Shown here one piece after another: positions 41,279 through 51,239 of a stretch of 64,000 nt of DNA. Made by a program: the position numbers and the translations under genes. The notes beneath the pieces were generated by a model that was not told the DNA's origin, ran no database searches, and saw only the letters and a list, made by a program, of their open reading frames with translations. The stretch covers positions 310,001 to 374,000 of the IMG/VR virus record IMGVR_UViG_3300028920_000022, one strand, 5' to 3'. How positions within the stretch are numbered: position 1 is the first letter of the stretch; every line of letters begins with the position of its first letter.

Positions 41279-41937
41279 TGAGTTCACCAGATCCGGCTGA
41301 AATTAATAAAATTGCTAATGAGTTTTTGAGATTAAAGAAATTAGTTGCTAAATACCCGAATGATATTAAAAAACTTAAGAAATATAGGCGGTTCCAAGAT
41401 TATTGTATGAGAAAGATGGCATATCTAGTTAATGTTCGTGTTGGTAAATATAAGCAATTTTCTAATTATAATGATTTAAAGCAAGATGGTTTTGAAGCTT
41501 TATTGATGGCATTTGAGACCTATGATACAAAGAAGGGCAATTTTTGTTGGTGGGCAGATCGTTACATAAACACCAGGATTTATAGATCAGCGAATGCTCA
41601 TTCTACTATTCGTTTTCCATTACGTAGAGCCAAAGAAACGCCCCCTCACAAAACCAACTCTATGCCAATATTGGTTGACCAAGAAAAAAACCCCAGCCAA
41701 CAAGTCGAGGAATCCCAGAATTTAGACTTTATTATGGACATTATCAATGAACTTCCTGAAGCACAAAAACAGGTTATTTTAATGCGTCACGAGTTCGATG
41801 GTGGAAAGAATTGTTCTGTAACTAAAATGTCTTCTTGTCTTAAAATATCTAGGAACACATGTAAACAATTACTAGAAGAAGCTGAACAGTTTTTGAAAGA
41901 TAAACTAACCCCTTACTACAGTGAAGTTCGAGGATAG
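41278..41937 (+). CDS. Sigma-70 family RNA polymerase sigma factor
   Basis: Region 2 DLKQDGFEALLMAFETYD..KGNFCWWA; region 4 LPEAQKQVILMR..HTH; AAGGAG RBS. Confidence 0.8.
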   Translation: MSSPDPAEINKIANEFLRLKKLVAKYPNDIKKLKKYRRFQDYCMRKMAYLVNVRVGKYKQFSNYNDLKQDGFEALLMAFETYDTKKGNFCWWADRYINTRIYRSANAHSTIRFPLRRAKETPPHKTNSMPILVDQEKNPSQQVEESQNLDFIMDIINELPEAQKQVILMRHEFDGGKNCSVTKMSSCLKISRNTCKQLLEEAEQFLKDKLTPYYSEVRG

Positions 41938-44900
41938 ATGTTTAAACAAGATATTTGTTATGAGATCTGGGGCGGGGAAAGCGGTAAGTATAGACTACGT
42001 GATAGTGATGGTACAGCCATTGATCAAAGTCCTGAAGATACTTGTGCCAGGGTAGCGAGGGCTTTGGCTGATGTAGAACCAGCAGATCAAGAAAAATGGT
42101 ATAAGGAGTTTGTTAGAGTTTTAGGAACACGGTTTGCTGGCGGTGGAAGGATTATGGCCAATGCCGGGGCTGGCAAATATAAGAAAGAGACCTCATGTAT
42201 AAACTGCGTTGTCATGCGTCAGCTGCCAGATTCGATGCTTGGGATAATGTCAGTTGCAACCGAAGCCGCTCTTACATTAAAAGCCGGCTGTGGTGTTGGT
42301 TATGATTTTTCTTCTATTCGACCTAAAGGTGCACATGTATTTGGGGCTGGTGCTGCCACTTCTGGAGTAATGTCCTTTATTGAAATATTTAATTCAGTAT
42401 GTCAAACTGTTATGTCTGGAGGGGGACGTAGAGGCGCACAGATGGGTTGCCTTGACGCCCAACATCCAGATATAGAAGAATTTATTTTGTCCAAACGAAA
42501 AGATGGTGCCTTTCGTTATTTCAATTTTTCCGTTTTGATTACTGATGCGTTTATGCATGCTGTAGAAAATGGTGATGATTGGGACCTATGGTTTTGGAAT
42601 AAATCAAACAAAACCAAAGATGAAGTTGATGTTAAAATAATTGAAAAGAACGATATACCATATAATCACCCGGAATCTCAGTATTTTAGTTTTGCTGAAG
42701 ATCATGTGGAGTGTGTATATAGTAAGAGAACTCCAGATGTTGTTTTTGAGAAGAAGGTTTTTAGGACATTAAAAGCCAATGAATTATTTGAACTAATTAC
42801 TAAATCTACTTATAATTTTAGTGATCCTGGTTTCATATTAATTGATAAGATGAACCGGGAAAATAACTTATATTTCTTGGAAACCATTAGATCAACAAAT
42901 CCATGTGTAACTGGAGATACATTAATATCAACCAATGAAGGGCTGGTTCCGGCAAAAAACTTGGTAGGAAAAAAGATTACTGTTCCTGTTGATTTTAGAA
43001 TGGAACGTGGGGTTAATGCTGAAACATCTTATTGGAAGAAGACTAGAGAAGATGCTCAAATTTTGAAATTACAGACAAAAGAGGGTTATTCTATTAAAGC
43101 TACTCCAGATCATCGCATTATGACCAATGATGGTTGGAAGGAATTGCAAAACTTAAGTCCTGGCGATAAAGTTCATATATACCAAGGCAATGGTGCTTTT
43201 GGTAGCAAGGGATCGTTTGGGGAAGGTGCGGTTTTTGGTTGGTTAGTTGGAGATGGGACTATTACGGGTCAAAAAGCTGTATTATCTTTTTGGGGAGAAG
43301 AAGAACATATATTGGCAAAATCGATGGCGAAGTATGCCAGCAAAATGGTTGCTAATGAGACTAGTGCTAAAGCCAACCGATCTTATGATGAGCTGTGTGC
43401 ATATTCAGTAGAAGAGCGCAATGAAAGTCGTGTAGCTTCTGTAAGGCTGCGAAGGATTGTGGAACGTGAAGGTTTGGTTGAAAACAAACTTCAGGTACCA
43501 CCATCTGTTTGGGCTGGCACAGAAGCAATGCAAAGAGGATTTTTGAGTGGGTTGTTTAGCGCAGATGGGACTGTGGGAAATAAAAACAGCGTTTCTGTTC
43601 GTTTATCATCCACATCTCCTGATTTATTGTCACAGGTTCAAGTTTTACTACAAGGTTTTGGTATTGCTAGTAAAATATATTTAAATAGAAATCCCGCAGG
43701 ATATAGATCTTTGCCCGATGGGCATGGAGGACATAAAGAATATTTGTGCAAAGCGGGTCATGAGTTGATAATTTCCAAGTATAATCTTGTTAATTTTATG
43801 AACCGAATTGGTTTTTTGTTGCCTTATAAACAAAAAGCCCTGCTAAACAACATAGATAGTTTGAATGTGTTGGGTCCTCGTCCTGAGCATTTTACAGCTA
43901 CAGTAGAAAGTGTGACTAAAGATGGAATTGAGGATGTATATGATTGTTCAGTACCTGGAGTAAATGCATTTATAGCGAATGGTTTAGTTATTCATAATTG
44001 TAGCGAACAGCCACTATCCCCCTTATCCAACTGTCTTTTAGGTTCCATGATGTTGCCGGTATATGTAAGGAACCCATTTACCTCTGATGCTTATTTTGAT
44101 TGGGAAGGGTTTGCCAAAGATGTCCGTGTGGCTTCTCGTATGTTGGATAATGTTATTGAGATTAACAATCTACCTCTACCAGAATTAGAGGAAAACCTAC
44201 GATATCAGCGCCGTCATGGTTTGGGTTTTACCGGATTAGGCTCAGTACTAAATATGTTGGGTATTAAGTACAATTCCTCAACTGGTGTTGCTTTTGGCGA
44301 AAAGATTTCTAAAACCATGGCACAACAAAGCCTGTTAGAATCTATTCATTTAGCTAGAGAAAAGGGTCCTGCACCATTTTCTGAACTAATAGAAAACCGG
44401 GCTAGGTTTTTAAATTCCGAGTATAATAAACGTTTATTGGAAACTTTTCAAGAAACACAAGCTATTATTGAACAGGTTATGGAATATGGTGTACGCTGGA
44501 GCCACGCTACATCTTTAGCTCCAACCGGCACAATGTCTCTTACTTGGGGTAACAATTGTTCTAACGGTTTAGAGCCGGTATTTATGAATTCGTATTTGCG
44601 AAACATAAGAATGCCAGGGAAAAAGACCAAAACTCAGATGGAAGTTTTCGATTATGCCTATTATGAATGGAGACAATTATTCGGAGACGATCCGCTACCT
44701 AATACCTGGGTAACAACGGATGATTTAACCATTGAAGACCATTTAAATATGCAGGCAGCAATTCAGAAATATGTTGATTCTGCCACCTCTAAAACAATAA
44801 ATGTACCCACCGAATGTTCATATGAAGATTTTAAAAATGTATATATTGAAGGATGGAAACGAGGATTAAAGGGAGTAACGACTTATCGTTTTAATCCAAA

Positions 44901-45081
44901 GATTACATCAGGAGTATTGGTAAGGAAGGAAGATATTGCTAATACTAGTTATGTATTCGAGCTAGAGGATGGAGAAGAAATCACTCTACGAGGTGACGAA
45001 AAGGTAGAATATGATGGTGAAACTCATATTGCTGCTAATTTATACGAGGCGTTAAAAGAAGGTATTTACGGTAACATGTGA
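41938..45081 (+). CDS. nrdJa: Class II (B12-dependent) ribonucleotide reductase, large part, intein-containing
   Basis: GGRIMANAG, SCINC, GGGRRGAQM, TNP[intein]CSEQPL, APTGT, SKTINVP, GLKGVTTYR; NrdJa-type C-terminus EYDGETHIAANLYEALKEG. Confidence 0.9.
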   Translation: MFKQDICYEIWGGESGKYRLRDSDGTAIDQSPEDTCARVARALADVEPADQEKWYKEFVRVLGTRFAGGGRIMANAGAGKYKKETSCINCVVMRQLPDSMLGIMSVATEAALTLKAGCGVGYDFSSIRPKGAHVFGAGAATSGVMSFIEIFNSVCQTVMSGGGRRGAQMGCLDAQHPDIEEFILSKRKDGAFRYFNFSVLITDAFMHAVENGDDWDLWFWNKSNKTKDEVDVKIIEKNDIPYNHPESQYFSFAEDHVECVYSKRTPDVVFEKKVFRTLKANELFELITKSTYNFSDPGFILIDKMNRENNLYFLETIRSTNPCVTGDTLISTNEGLVPAKNLVGKKITVPVDFRMERGVNAETSYWKKTREDAQILKLQTKEGYSIKATPDHRIMTNDGWKELQNLSPGDKVHIYQGNGAFGSKGSFGEGAVFGWLVGDGTITGQKAVLSFWGEEEHILAKSMAKYASKMVANETSAKANRSYDELCAYSVEERNESRVASVRLRRIVEREGLVENKLQVPPSVWAGTEAMQRGFLSGLFSADGTVGNKNSVSVRLSSTSPDLLSQVQVLLQGFGIASKIYLNRNPAGYRSLPDGHGGHKEYLCKAGHELIISKYNLVNFMNRIGFLLPYKQKALLNNIDSLNVLGPRPEHFTATVESVTKDGIEDVYDCSVPGVNAFIANGLVIHNCSEQPLSPLSNCLLGSMMLPVYVRNPFTSDAYFDWEGFAKDVRVASRMLDNVIEINNLPLPELEENLRYQRRHGLGFTGLGSVLNMLGIKYNSSTGVAFGEKISKTMAQQSLLESIHLAREKGPAPFSELIENRARFLNSEYNKRLLETFQETQAIIEQVMEYGVRWSHATSLAPTGTMSLTWGNNCSNGLEPVFMNSYLRNIRMPGKKTKTQMEVFDYAYYEWRQLFGDDPLPNTWVTTDDLTIEDHLNMQAAIQKYVDSATSKTINVPTECSYEDFKNVYIEGWKRGLKGVTTYRFNPKITSGVLVRKEDIANTSYVFELEDGEEITLRGDEKVEYDGETHIAANLYEALKEGIYGNM
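42904..43998 (+). mobile_element. Intein with LAGLIDADG homing endonuclease (365 aa)
   Basis: Begins CVTGDT, block B ATPDHRI, LAGLIDADG motifs FGWLVGDG and LSGLFSADG, ends VYD..VIHN followed by extein Cys. Inserted in the TNP/C.E active-site motif. Confidence 0.95.
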
Positions 45082-45683
45082 TGGAAAAAATATCTAAAAA
45101 AATAGTTGATTGTAGAATTAGCAAAGAAATCCCTCGTAAAGAACATTATCGTAGTGTGCCGGAACGCCCCAAAACTTTACAATCTGAAACTAAGAAAATA
45201 AAATTAGATACCGGCGATGGGGTCAAAAACGCTTATATTACTGTTTCGTTTTATGCTGGCAGCAGAGACCCTTACGAAGTTTTTATAAATACTCCCATTG
45301 GTAATAATTTAAAAGATTTGCAAATATTGGAATTATCTGCGCGAATGACAAGTTTAGCGTTAAGACACGGGGTTCCGGTAAATCATATTGTAAATCAGTT
45401 AAATAAAATTGATGGACAATATATCTATTCAATTCCTGCAAATCTAGCTAAGGCATTGCAAAGTTATATTCCAAAAGAAAAACACGAAGAAGAATCTAAT
45501 AATGAAATTATTTGTGAACCTGAAGAAATGTCAGACGAGGAACTGGATCGTTTAATTTTAGGGGAAGATTCGGTAGAGACCGGGGTAGCGGGAACTAGCT
45601 GTCCTAAATGTAAGAAAAACGCATATATAATGCAAGAGGGTTGTGGAAGGTGTTTAAGCTGTGGTTATAGTGGCTGTTCATGA
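45078..45683 (+). CDS. nrdJb: Class II RNR small part (TSCPD domain and C-terminal Cys ribbon)
   Basis: KISKKIV, ERPKTL, YITV..PYEVFIN, SLALRHG, CPKC..EGC..CLSCGYSGC. Confidence 0.85.
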   Translation: MMEKISKKIVDCRISKEIPRKEHYRSVPERPKTLQSETKKIKLDTGDGVKNAYITVSFYAGSRDPYEVFINTPIGNNLKDLQILELSARMTSLALRHGVPVNHIVNQLNKIDGQYIYSIPANLAKALQSYIPKEKHEEESNNEIICEPEEMSDEELDRLILGEDSVETGVAGTSCPKCKKNAYIMQEGCGRCLSCGYSGCS

Positions 45684-46057
45684 AAGATACGTTATTTTCA
45701 GACCGAGAAGATGTATTCAAAGTTGTAGAAAAGGTTAGATTTTCTTGGTTAAGGTTTATTTTAGAGCAGAGCGGTTTAGATATTGAAGACTGTATGCCGG
45801 AGGACGAAGATCCGGAAAAGATGACTATTGCTCAAAAAGCAAAGTTAAGGCATATTTTAGATAAGAATAAGATTTTAATATTAGATGATCATGACGGAGG
45901 CATTCGGTTATATATAGATGAGGACTTAATTGCCGAGTGGAAAAAGCCCGTATGCGATCTTCGGCATGATAACAAACAACTAGATCCTAGAAAAAAGTAT
46001 TATGTAGGAATTAATATTGACTATTGGTCAGTTTTTGATGAAGAAATGGAGAAGTAA
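45680..46057 (+). CDS. Hypothetical protein
   Basis: 125-aa coupled ORF. Confidence 0.55.
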   Translation: MKDTLFSDREDVFKVVEKVRFSWLRFILEQSGLDIEDCMPEDEDPEKMTIAQKAKLRHILDKNKILILDDHDGGIRLYIDEDLIAEWKKPVCDLRHDNKQLDPRKKYYVGINIDYWSVFDEEMEK

Positions 46058-46332
46058 TGGAAGAAAAAGTTGAAGAAGCTGTTGTTGAAGAAACCATAGA
46101 ATCTACGGAACCTGAGAAGGTTAGCCAGGAAGATTTAACATTAGTTAGCAATGCTAGAAATAAACTTACTCAAGCTAACTTGGAAGCTGAAAAAGCGGTA
46201 GCTATTAAACATATTGCAGAACTAGAATTAAAAAATGTAATTCTGGAACTCTTTAATAAATATAAGATCACTTATGGGGTAGATTCTGTAATGGAAGATG
46301 GCACCATAGTTAAACCTGGAGAGAAAGAATGA
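46057..46332 (+). CDS. Hypothetical acidic coiled-coil protein
   Basis: 91-aa ORF with GGAG RBS and TAATG coupling. Confidence 0.55.
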   Translation: MEEKVEEAVVEETIESTEPEKVSQEDLTLVSNARNKLTQANLEAEKAVAIKHIAELELKNVILELFNKYKITYGVDSVMEDGTIVKPGEKE

Positions 46333-46730
46333 AAGACGAAGTCCTATCGAGATTAGCTAACATTGCAATAGTACAAACTAATGTGCTGCGAGTATTGGGT
46401 ATAGTTCGTGGTGTAATCAGTAGAGAAAAACTACAAGCTTTACAAAACAGATCTCGTACTTTGGATGTAGAATTTGTTGATCTTTTCTTGGCAGCAAACG
46501 AAAATAAGCAAGACGATATTGATATTGCTGAAAAGGTCAAACAGGCTAAAGCTGCGTTGGCAGGACAAAAAAACCTTAAGACATCTGTCGAGGCTGTAGA
46601 TGGAGGAGTAGTAGTTAATGCTCCCGAGGATGAGTCGGAATTGCCAGAACATGTCAAAAAGACAGCTAAAAAGAAGGCAAAAAAGACTACTCGCAAAGCC
46701 AAAGTAAATGCGAAAAATCAAGAAGAATAA
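46329..46730 (+). CDS. Hypothetical protein with Lys-rich histone-like C-terminal tail
   Basis: KKTAKKKAKKTTRKAK near the C-terminus. Confidence 0.55.
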   Translation: MKDEVLSRLANIAIVQTNVLRVLGIVRGVISREKLQALQNRSRTLDVEFVDLFLAANENKQDDIDIAEKVKQAKAALAGQKNLKTSVEAVDGGVVVNAPEDESELPEHVKKTAKKKAKKTTRKAKVNAKNQEE

Positions 46731-47553
46731 TTTTGGTCGTGACGAACTAATTACGTTAAAAGACGAAATATGGCTGCGTTACCAGAAAGTTGCTGGTAAA
46801 TGCGTGGCTAATGTTTTTTCTGCGTGCGCTCAAGAAATAAAAAACCAAACACCCAATTTGTCTTTAAAAAACCTAGAAGAAATTGCTATTTCTAAATGTA
46901 AAGAAATGGATTGTTCTCCTACATTTTTAGGATATCGTGGTTTTCCTAGTGCCATATGTACATCTGTTAATGAACAGGTAGTTCATGGGATTGCTACAGA
47001 TTATGTATTACAAGAAGGTGATTTGATTTCTGTAGATTTAGGCGCAACTTATAATGGTGCAATTGCTGATGCCGCTAGAACCTGGATTTATGGCGAACCC
47101 AAGGAAGACCGTCATGTAGTAATGTTAGAGGCGTGTAAGGAAGCATTGCAACGCGGTATTGATGCTGTTATAGTTGGTAATCAAATAGGTGCTATTGGAC
47201 ATCGTATTTATAAATATGTAGTAGGCGGTTCAGCGGGACATTTTGGATATTTTGGTTTAGTAACAGATTTTGGAGGGCATGGGCTGGATTGGAACCAACC
47301 ACATGCGGATCCGTTTGTATCCAACCGATCAGAACCATGGGAAGGCGCTAGAATTGTTCCTGGTTTGGCTATTGCTATTGAACCAATGTTAACATTGTCG
47401 TTTAAACGTTCTGTAGAAGTGCCTACCAGAATTTTAGATGATAAATGGACTGTAGTTACGGATAGTTTAAGTTGCCATTTTGAAGATTCTGTTACTGTAA
47501 TGGAAGACGGGGTGCATGTTGTCACAGGAGGAAACAGTGAAGATACAGTTTGA
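46708..47553 (+). CDS. map: Methionine aminopeptidase type I
   Basis: CTSVNEQVVHG, DLGA..ADAART, GGHG, AIEPM, HFEDSV metal ligands. Confidence 0.92.
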   Translation: MRKIKKNNFGRDELITLKDEIWLRYQKVAGKCVANVFSACAQEIKNQTPNLSLKNLEEIAISKCKEMDCSPTFLGYRGFPSAICTSVNEQVVHGIATDYVLQEGDLISVDLGATYNGAIADAARTWIYGEPKEDRHVVMLEACKEALQRGIDAVIVGNQIGAIGHRIYKYVVGGSAGHFGYFGLVTDFGGHGLDWNQPHADPFVSNRSEPWEGARIVPGLAIAIEPMLTLSFKRSVEVPTRILDDKWTVVTDSLSCHFEDSVTVMEDGVHVVTGGNSEDTV

Positions 47554-47719
47554 TGAGGGGGGCTTTATTGAAATAAAAGCATCTTCTACCCCTAGCAAAG
47601 TAGATATTATACTTGCGGCAGTAGATTATGATAACCCATTAAAGAAAATTATTAATTCCGTCGAAATAGATGGCAAGGATTTTTTTAAACTAGTTAATTC
47701 GGTAAAACTTTCTGGGTAA
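47537..47719 (+). CDS. Small hypothetical protein
   Basis: GTG start after AGGAGG. Confidence 0.5.
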   Translation: MKIQFDEGGFIEIKASSTPSKVDIILAAVDYDNPLKKIINSVEIDGKDFFKLVNSVKLSG

Positions 47720-47794
47720 TACTGTCGAGGGTTGTGACTTGTATTCCTTATGATTTTCGGAGTTCAGAACTCTATTTTGCAAATAGGAGTGGTT

Positions 47795-48106
47795 ATGAGA
47801 AAGTATATTTCGAAATTTGTGAGGCGGTTGAATCCCAGAAGTTTTAGTAATAACAGACAGAAGGCTTTGTACCGGCTGTTAACCGCCAAGGGTGATGGTT
47901 GGGTGCGTTTGAACGATTTCAGGGTCCCTTCAGCGGGTTCTAGAATTCGAGATTTGCGCAAGAATGATTTTGGCGCCTTTGATGTTCGCTGCCGTTCTGC
48001 TGCAGATTTGGGGCGGGAAGGCGGAACCCATACATTTTACTACAGGTTGGCACAGCGTAATTTGACGCTGGAGAAGATTCGTAATGTGTTTGAAATAGAA
48101 GTCTAG
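47795..48106 (+). CDS. Basic hypothetical protein (possible winged-helix DNA-binding)
   Basis: ATG 47795 after AGGAG; SAGSRIRDLRK recognition-helix-like segment. Confidence 0.5.
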   Translation: MRKYISKFVRRLNPRSFSNNRQKALYRLLTAKGDGWVRLNDFRVPSAGSRIRDLRKNDFGAFDVRCRSAADLGREGGTHTFYYRLAQRNLTLEKIRNVFEIEV

Positions 48107-48130
48107 ACGTAGCTTTATAAATACGTTTTC

Positions 48131-48162
48131 AAAGCCCGGGGCTTATAGCCCCGGGCTTTTTT
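48131..48162 (+). terminator. Rho-independent terminator
   Basis: 13-bp perfect stem AAAGCCCGGGGCT / AGCCCCGGGCTTT, TAT loop and T6 tail. Confidence 0.9.
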
Positions 48163-48228
48163 GTGCCTGCAATCGTATCGGCATAATTCCGAATATATTT
48201 GAATCTCTATGCTTTTTTGCAGGCTTAA

Positions 48229-51200
48229 ATGACACGTTATCCTGATAATGTAGATACAGGCGGGACTGGTGCATCAGCAACTCTGCCAGACGTAATTGAC
48301 AACGTTTCCCCAGTTAGTGCAATAGTAGTAAATAGGCTACGTAATGCAATTCTGGCTATCGAGAACGAGCTGGGTATAAACCCTAGCGAACGTTTTGGTA
48401 CAGTTAGAGACCGTTTAGATTGCTTGGAGTTTGGTCCTTGTGGTAGTGGCGGGGGCGGATCTTTATCTACTATCCTTCAAGATGGCGTCACGGTTATGAA
48501 CAATGTAGAGGCTCTGAATATTATTGGAGCCAATGTTACGGATGCAGGCGACCACCAGGCAGATGTTAATTTTTCTACTTTTATGTTGCTGGACGGATCC
48601 AGAGCAGCTACCGCTAATTGGGACCTGGGCGGAAATCGTATTACTAACCTAGCTGACCCTATTAATCCCCAGGACGCAGTAACAATGGCATATGTAGATG
48701 CTTTGTTCTCAGATGGCTATGCACCCGTATTAGAAACATTAACAGTATCTGCTGATGGACAAACTGTATTTACCTTAAGTCAAGTACCAGAATTACCAGG
48801 CGCTGTAGCGTTTTTCGCAGAGGGTATTAAACAGGAATTTGGTGTAGATTATACAGTGTCTGGTGCGAATATACATTATACCGGCGCAGAACCACTGTTA
48901 ACTACGGACACTATTGATGTTATTTATTATGTGTTAAGCTCTGGTTTTCCTGGTGGTGGAATACATCAGACATTAGCACAAACATTATTTTATGGAAATG
49001 TTACCGGCGGAGAAGATATCGTTGTCTCTGTCACTGACGCTATTACTAGCGAAAACCCCGCTGTTCCCGTATCTGTTATTGGTGACTTAAGTATAACTGG
49101 AAAATTAACTGTAGGTGGACTAATTGATCCAACCGGTCTTGTTCTTGATACACAGGGAAGCACTCCTGGGGGTGTACCTGCAGCTAATAAAGGAACCATT
49201 TGGTATCGCGCAAGTGATGAGCACATGGTTTACACTACAGATGCTGGTTTGGTGATTGATTTAACTACGGGAATAGTACCAACATTGGCAGAGGTTTTGG
49301 ATGCTGGTAACACTACGGATGGTTATGATATTATCATGTCAAATGGTAGTATTATTACCGCAACTACCGGCACTGGTGCCACTGACGGTTCTGATGTAGA
49401 TATATTAGCTGGTCCTGCTACCGGTACAGGGGCAGGTGGAGCAGTTAATATCAATGGTGGGTCAGCGGCAGCCGGAGCAGGTGGTAATGTAGTTATATAT
49501 GGCGGAGATGGTGGTACTGAAGGCGACGTATTAGTTGGGGCGGCTGGGAATACAGTTTTTTCTGTTATTGGTGATGTTTTAGGAACTATTACTTTTGATA
49601 AGGATGTTGCTCCCATTATCAATCAAACAGCTCCAACTTCTGGTGCCGGGTCTGATTTTCGTATTGATGTTCAGGACGCAACAACTACGGGAACTGGCGG
49701 AGATTTTATAGTTAATGCCGGATCGGGAGCGGGAGTATCACAGGGCGGAGCGATTGATCTTAATGCTGGCGGAACAGGAACGGGTTCTGGCGGTATAGTT
49801 TCCATTACTGGCGGGGATGGAACAATTAATGGCGGAACAATAACCCTTGAATCTGGTGCAGCAGCAACCGGCGGGGATTTGGAGTTGTTTGCCGGAGATT
49901 CTGCGGCAGGTACAGGTGGCAACGTTATAGTAAAAACTCAGGGCAACACAATTGGCGATATACAGTTTTTGTTGGATGCCAACACTGTAGCAGAGTTTTT
50001 GGGAAGTGCGCTGGGTACTTTTAGGTTTGGTAGGGCAACCACTCCTGTAATTAATGTTGAACAAAATACATCAGGAGCTGGTGCTGCTTTTACTATCACT
50101 TCACAGAAAGGCGGAAGTGGTGGGGTTAACGATGGTGGTGGATTATTCTTAAATGGTGGTAATGCTAGTGATTTGGGTGGCGACGGTGGAGCTGTTGAGA
50201 TTAGTGGTGGTACCGGAACTAATACTGGAATAATTGCACTTCATACAAATATTATAGAAATTGATGAAAATACTGTTGATATTCGTTCTGTAACCGATGG
50301 GTCTGTAAATGCAGATAGTGGTAGTTTTGCGATTCATTCAGGCAACATTACTGATGCAGGAAATAGTGGCTCGGTTATTTTCAATAGTGGATCTTCAGCA
50401 GGTGGAGATTCTGGCAATTTAGATTTATATACTGGCGGGGCGTCTACCTCAGGATCTATCCAGGCGTATACTGGAGATGGATATACAGATTCAGGTGATA
50501 TTGACATATACACCGGAGACGGGTACACAAGCTCTGGTGACATTGATATAGTAACTGGGGATGCCACTTACGGAACTGCTGGGCATTTACATCTTACTGC
50601 TGGTGATAGTTTATCAGGAAATCAGTCGGATATCTATATTGCTAGCGGAAGGGTGTTAACGGGGACTGATCGTAATCTAGTGAATATTTATGGCGGAGAT
50701 GGGTATTCTAATGGGTCTACGATTAATATTATTGCTGGAGCCGGGTATTGGGGTAGTGGTGGTACTCTTAATTTATATGGTGGATCCGGATCTACCAGTT
50801 CTGTACACGCTGATGATTTAGGACCTGGAGATGGAGGATCTGTTTTAGTTAGTGGAGGGGGTTGCATAAGTGGTACATGTGGTGATGCGAGCCTAGGTGG
50901 TGGCGTTACTGCACACGGAACTGGGGGCAATGTTTATATAAACGGTGGATTTACTCATGATGGACCATCAGCTGGAAGTGTTTATATTTCTGGTGGTGTA
51001 GATTATGGTGGAAATGATGATGGTTATGTAATATTTAGTATGGCTGACGAAGAAGTTGGCAGATTCGGGCGCGATCCGAGTGCATTAGTGTGTTCCTTAC
51101 AGGTACCAATTAAACTGAAGGAAGTTGCCAATCCGGGAAGACCAGCGACAGGATATGCTTATTTGTATTTATCGTCAACTGATGGGCATTTATGGATAAA

Positions 51201-51237
51201 TAAAGATGATGGCTCTGCTAGGGATTTGGAGACATAA
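48229..51237 (+). CDS. Glycine-rich fibre-like virion protein
   Basis: RITNLADPINPQDAVTMAYVD neck motif; many GG-x-hydrophobic-x-I-x-x-G beta-repeats; 6 DGY. Confidence 0.7.
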   Translation: MTRYPDNVDTGGTGASATLPDVIDNVSPVSAIVVNRLRNAILAIENELGINPSERFGTVRDRLDCLEFGPCGSGGGGSLSTILQDGVTVMNNVEALNIIGANVTDAGDHQADVNFSTFMLLDGSRAATANWDLGGNRITNLADPINPQDAVTMAYVDALFSDGYAPVLETLTVSADGQTVFTLSQVPELPGAVAFFAEGIKQEFGVDYTVSGANIHYTGAEPLLTTDTIDVIYYVLSSGFPGGGIHQTLAQTLFYGNVTGGEDIVVSVTDAITSENPAVPVSVIGDLSITGKLTVGGLIDPTGLVLDTQGSTPGGVPAANKGTIWYRASDEHMVYTTDAGLVIDLTTGIVPTLAEVLDAGNTTDGYDIIMSNGSIITATTGTGATDGSDVDILAGPATGTGAGGAVNINGGSAAAGAGGNVVIYGGDGGTEGDVLVGAAGNTVFSVIGDVLGTITFDKDVAPIINQTAPTSGAGSDFRIDVQDATTTGTGGDFIVNAGSGAGVSQGGAIDLNAGGTGTGSGGIVSITGGDGTINGGTITLESGAAATGGDLELFAGDSAAGTGGNVIVKTQGNTIGDIQFLLDANTVAEFLGSALGTFRFGRATTPVINVEQNTSGAGAAFTITSQKGGSGGVNDGGGLFLNGGNASDLGGDGGAVEISGGTGTNTGIIALHTNIIEIDENTVDIRSVTDGSVNADSGSFAIHSGNITDAGNSGSVIFNSGSSAGGDSGNLDLYTGGASTSGSIQAYTGDGYTDSGDIDIYTGDGYTSSGDIDIVTGDATYGTAGHLHLTAGDSLSGNQSDIYIASGRVLTGTDRNLVNIYGGDGYSNGSTINIIAGAGYWGSGGTLNLYGGSGSTSSVHADDLGPGDGGSVLVSGGGCISGTCGDASLGGGVTAHGTGGNVYINGGFTHDGPSAGSVYISGGVDYGGNDDGYVIFSMADEEVGRFGRDPSALVCSLQVPIKLKEVANPGRPATGYAYLYLSSTDGHLWINKDDGSARDLET

Positions 51238-51239
51238 AT

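Noticed and set aside
7796-47729. TGTCGAG at the start of two intergenic regions (about 7796 and 47723) as a promoter element
   Set aside because: Only two intergenic instances, no consistent spacing to a -10 box, and the heptamer also occurs inside CDSs (about 16346 and 46586).
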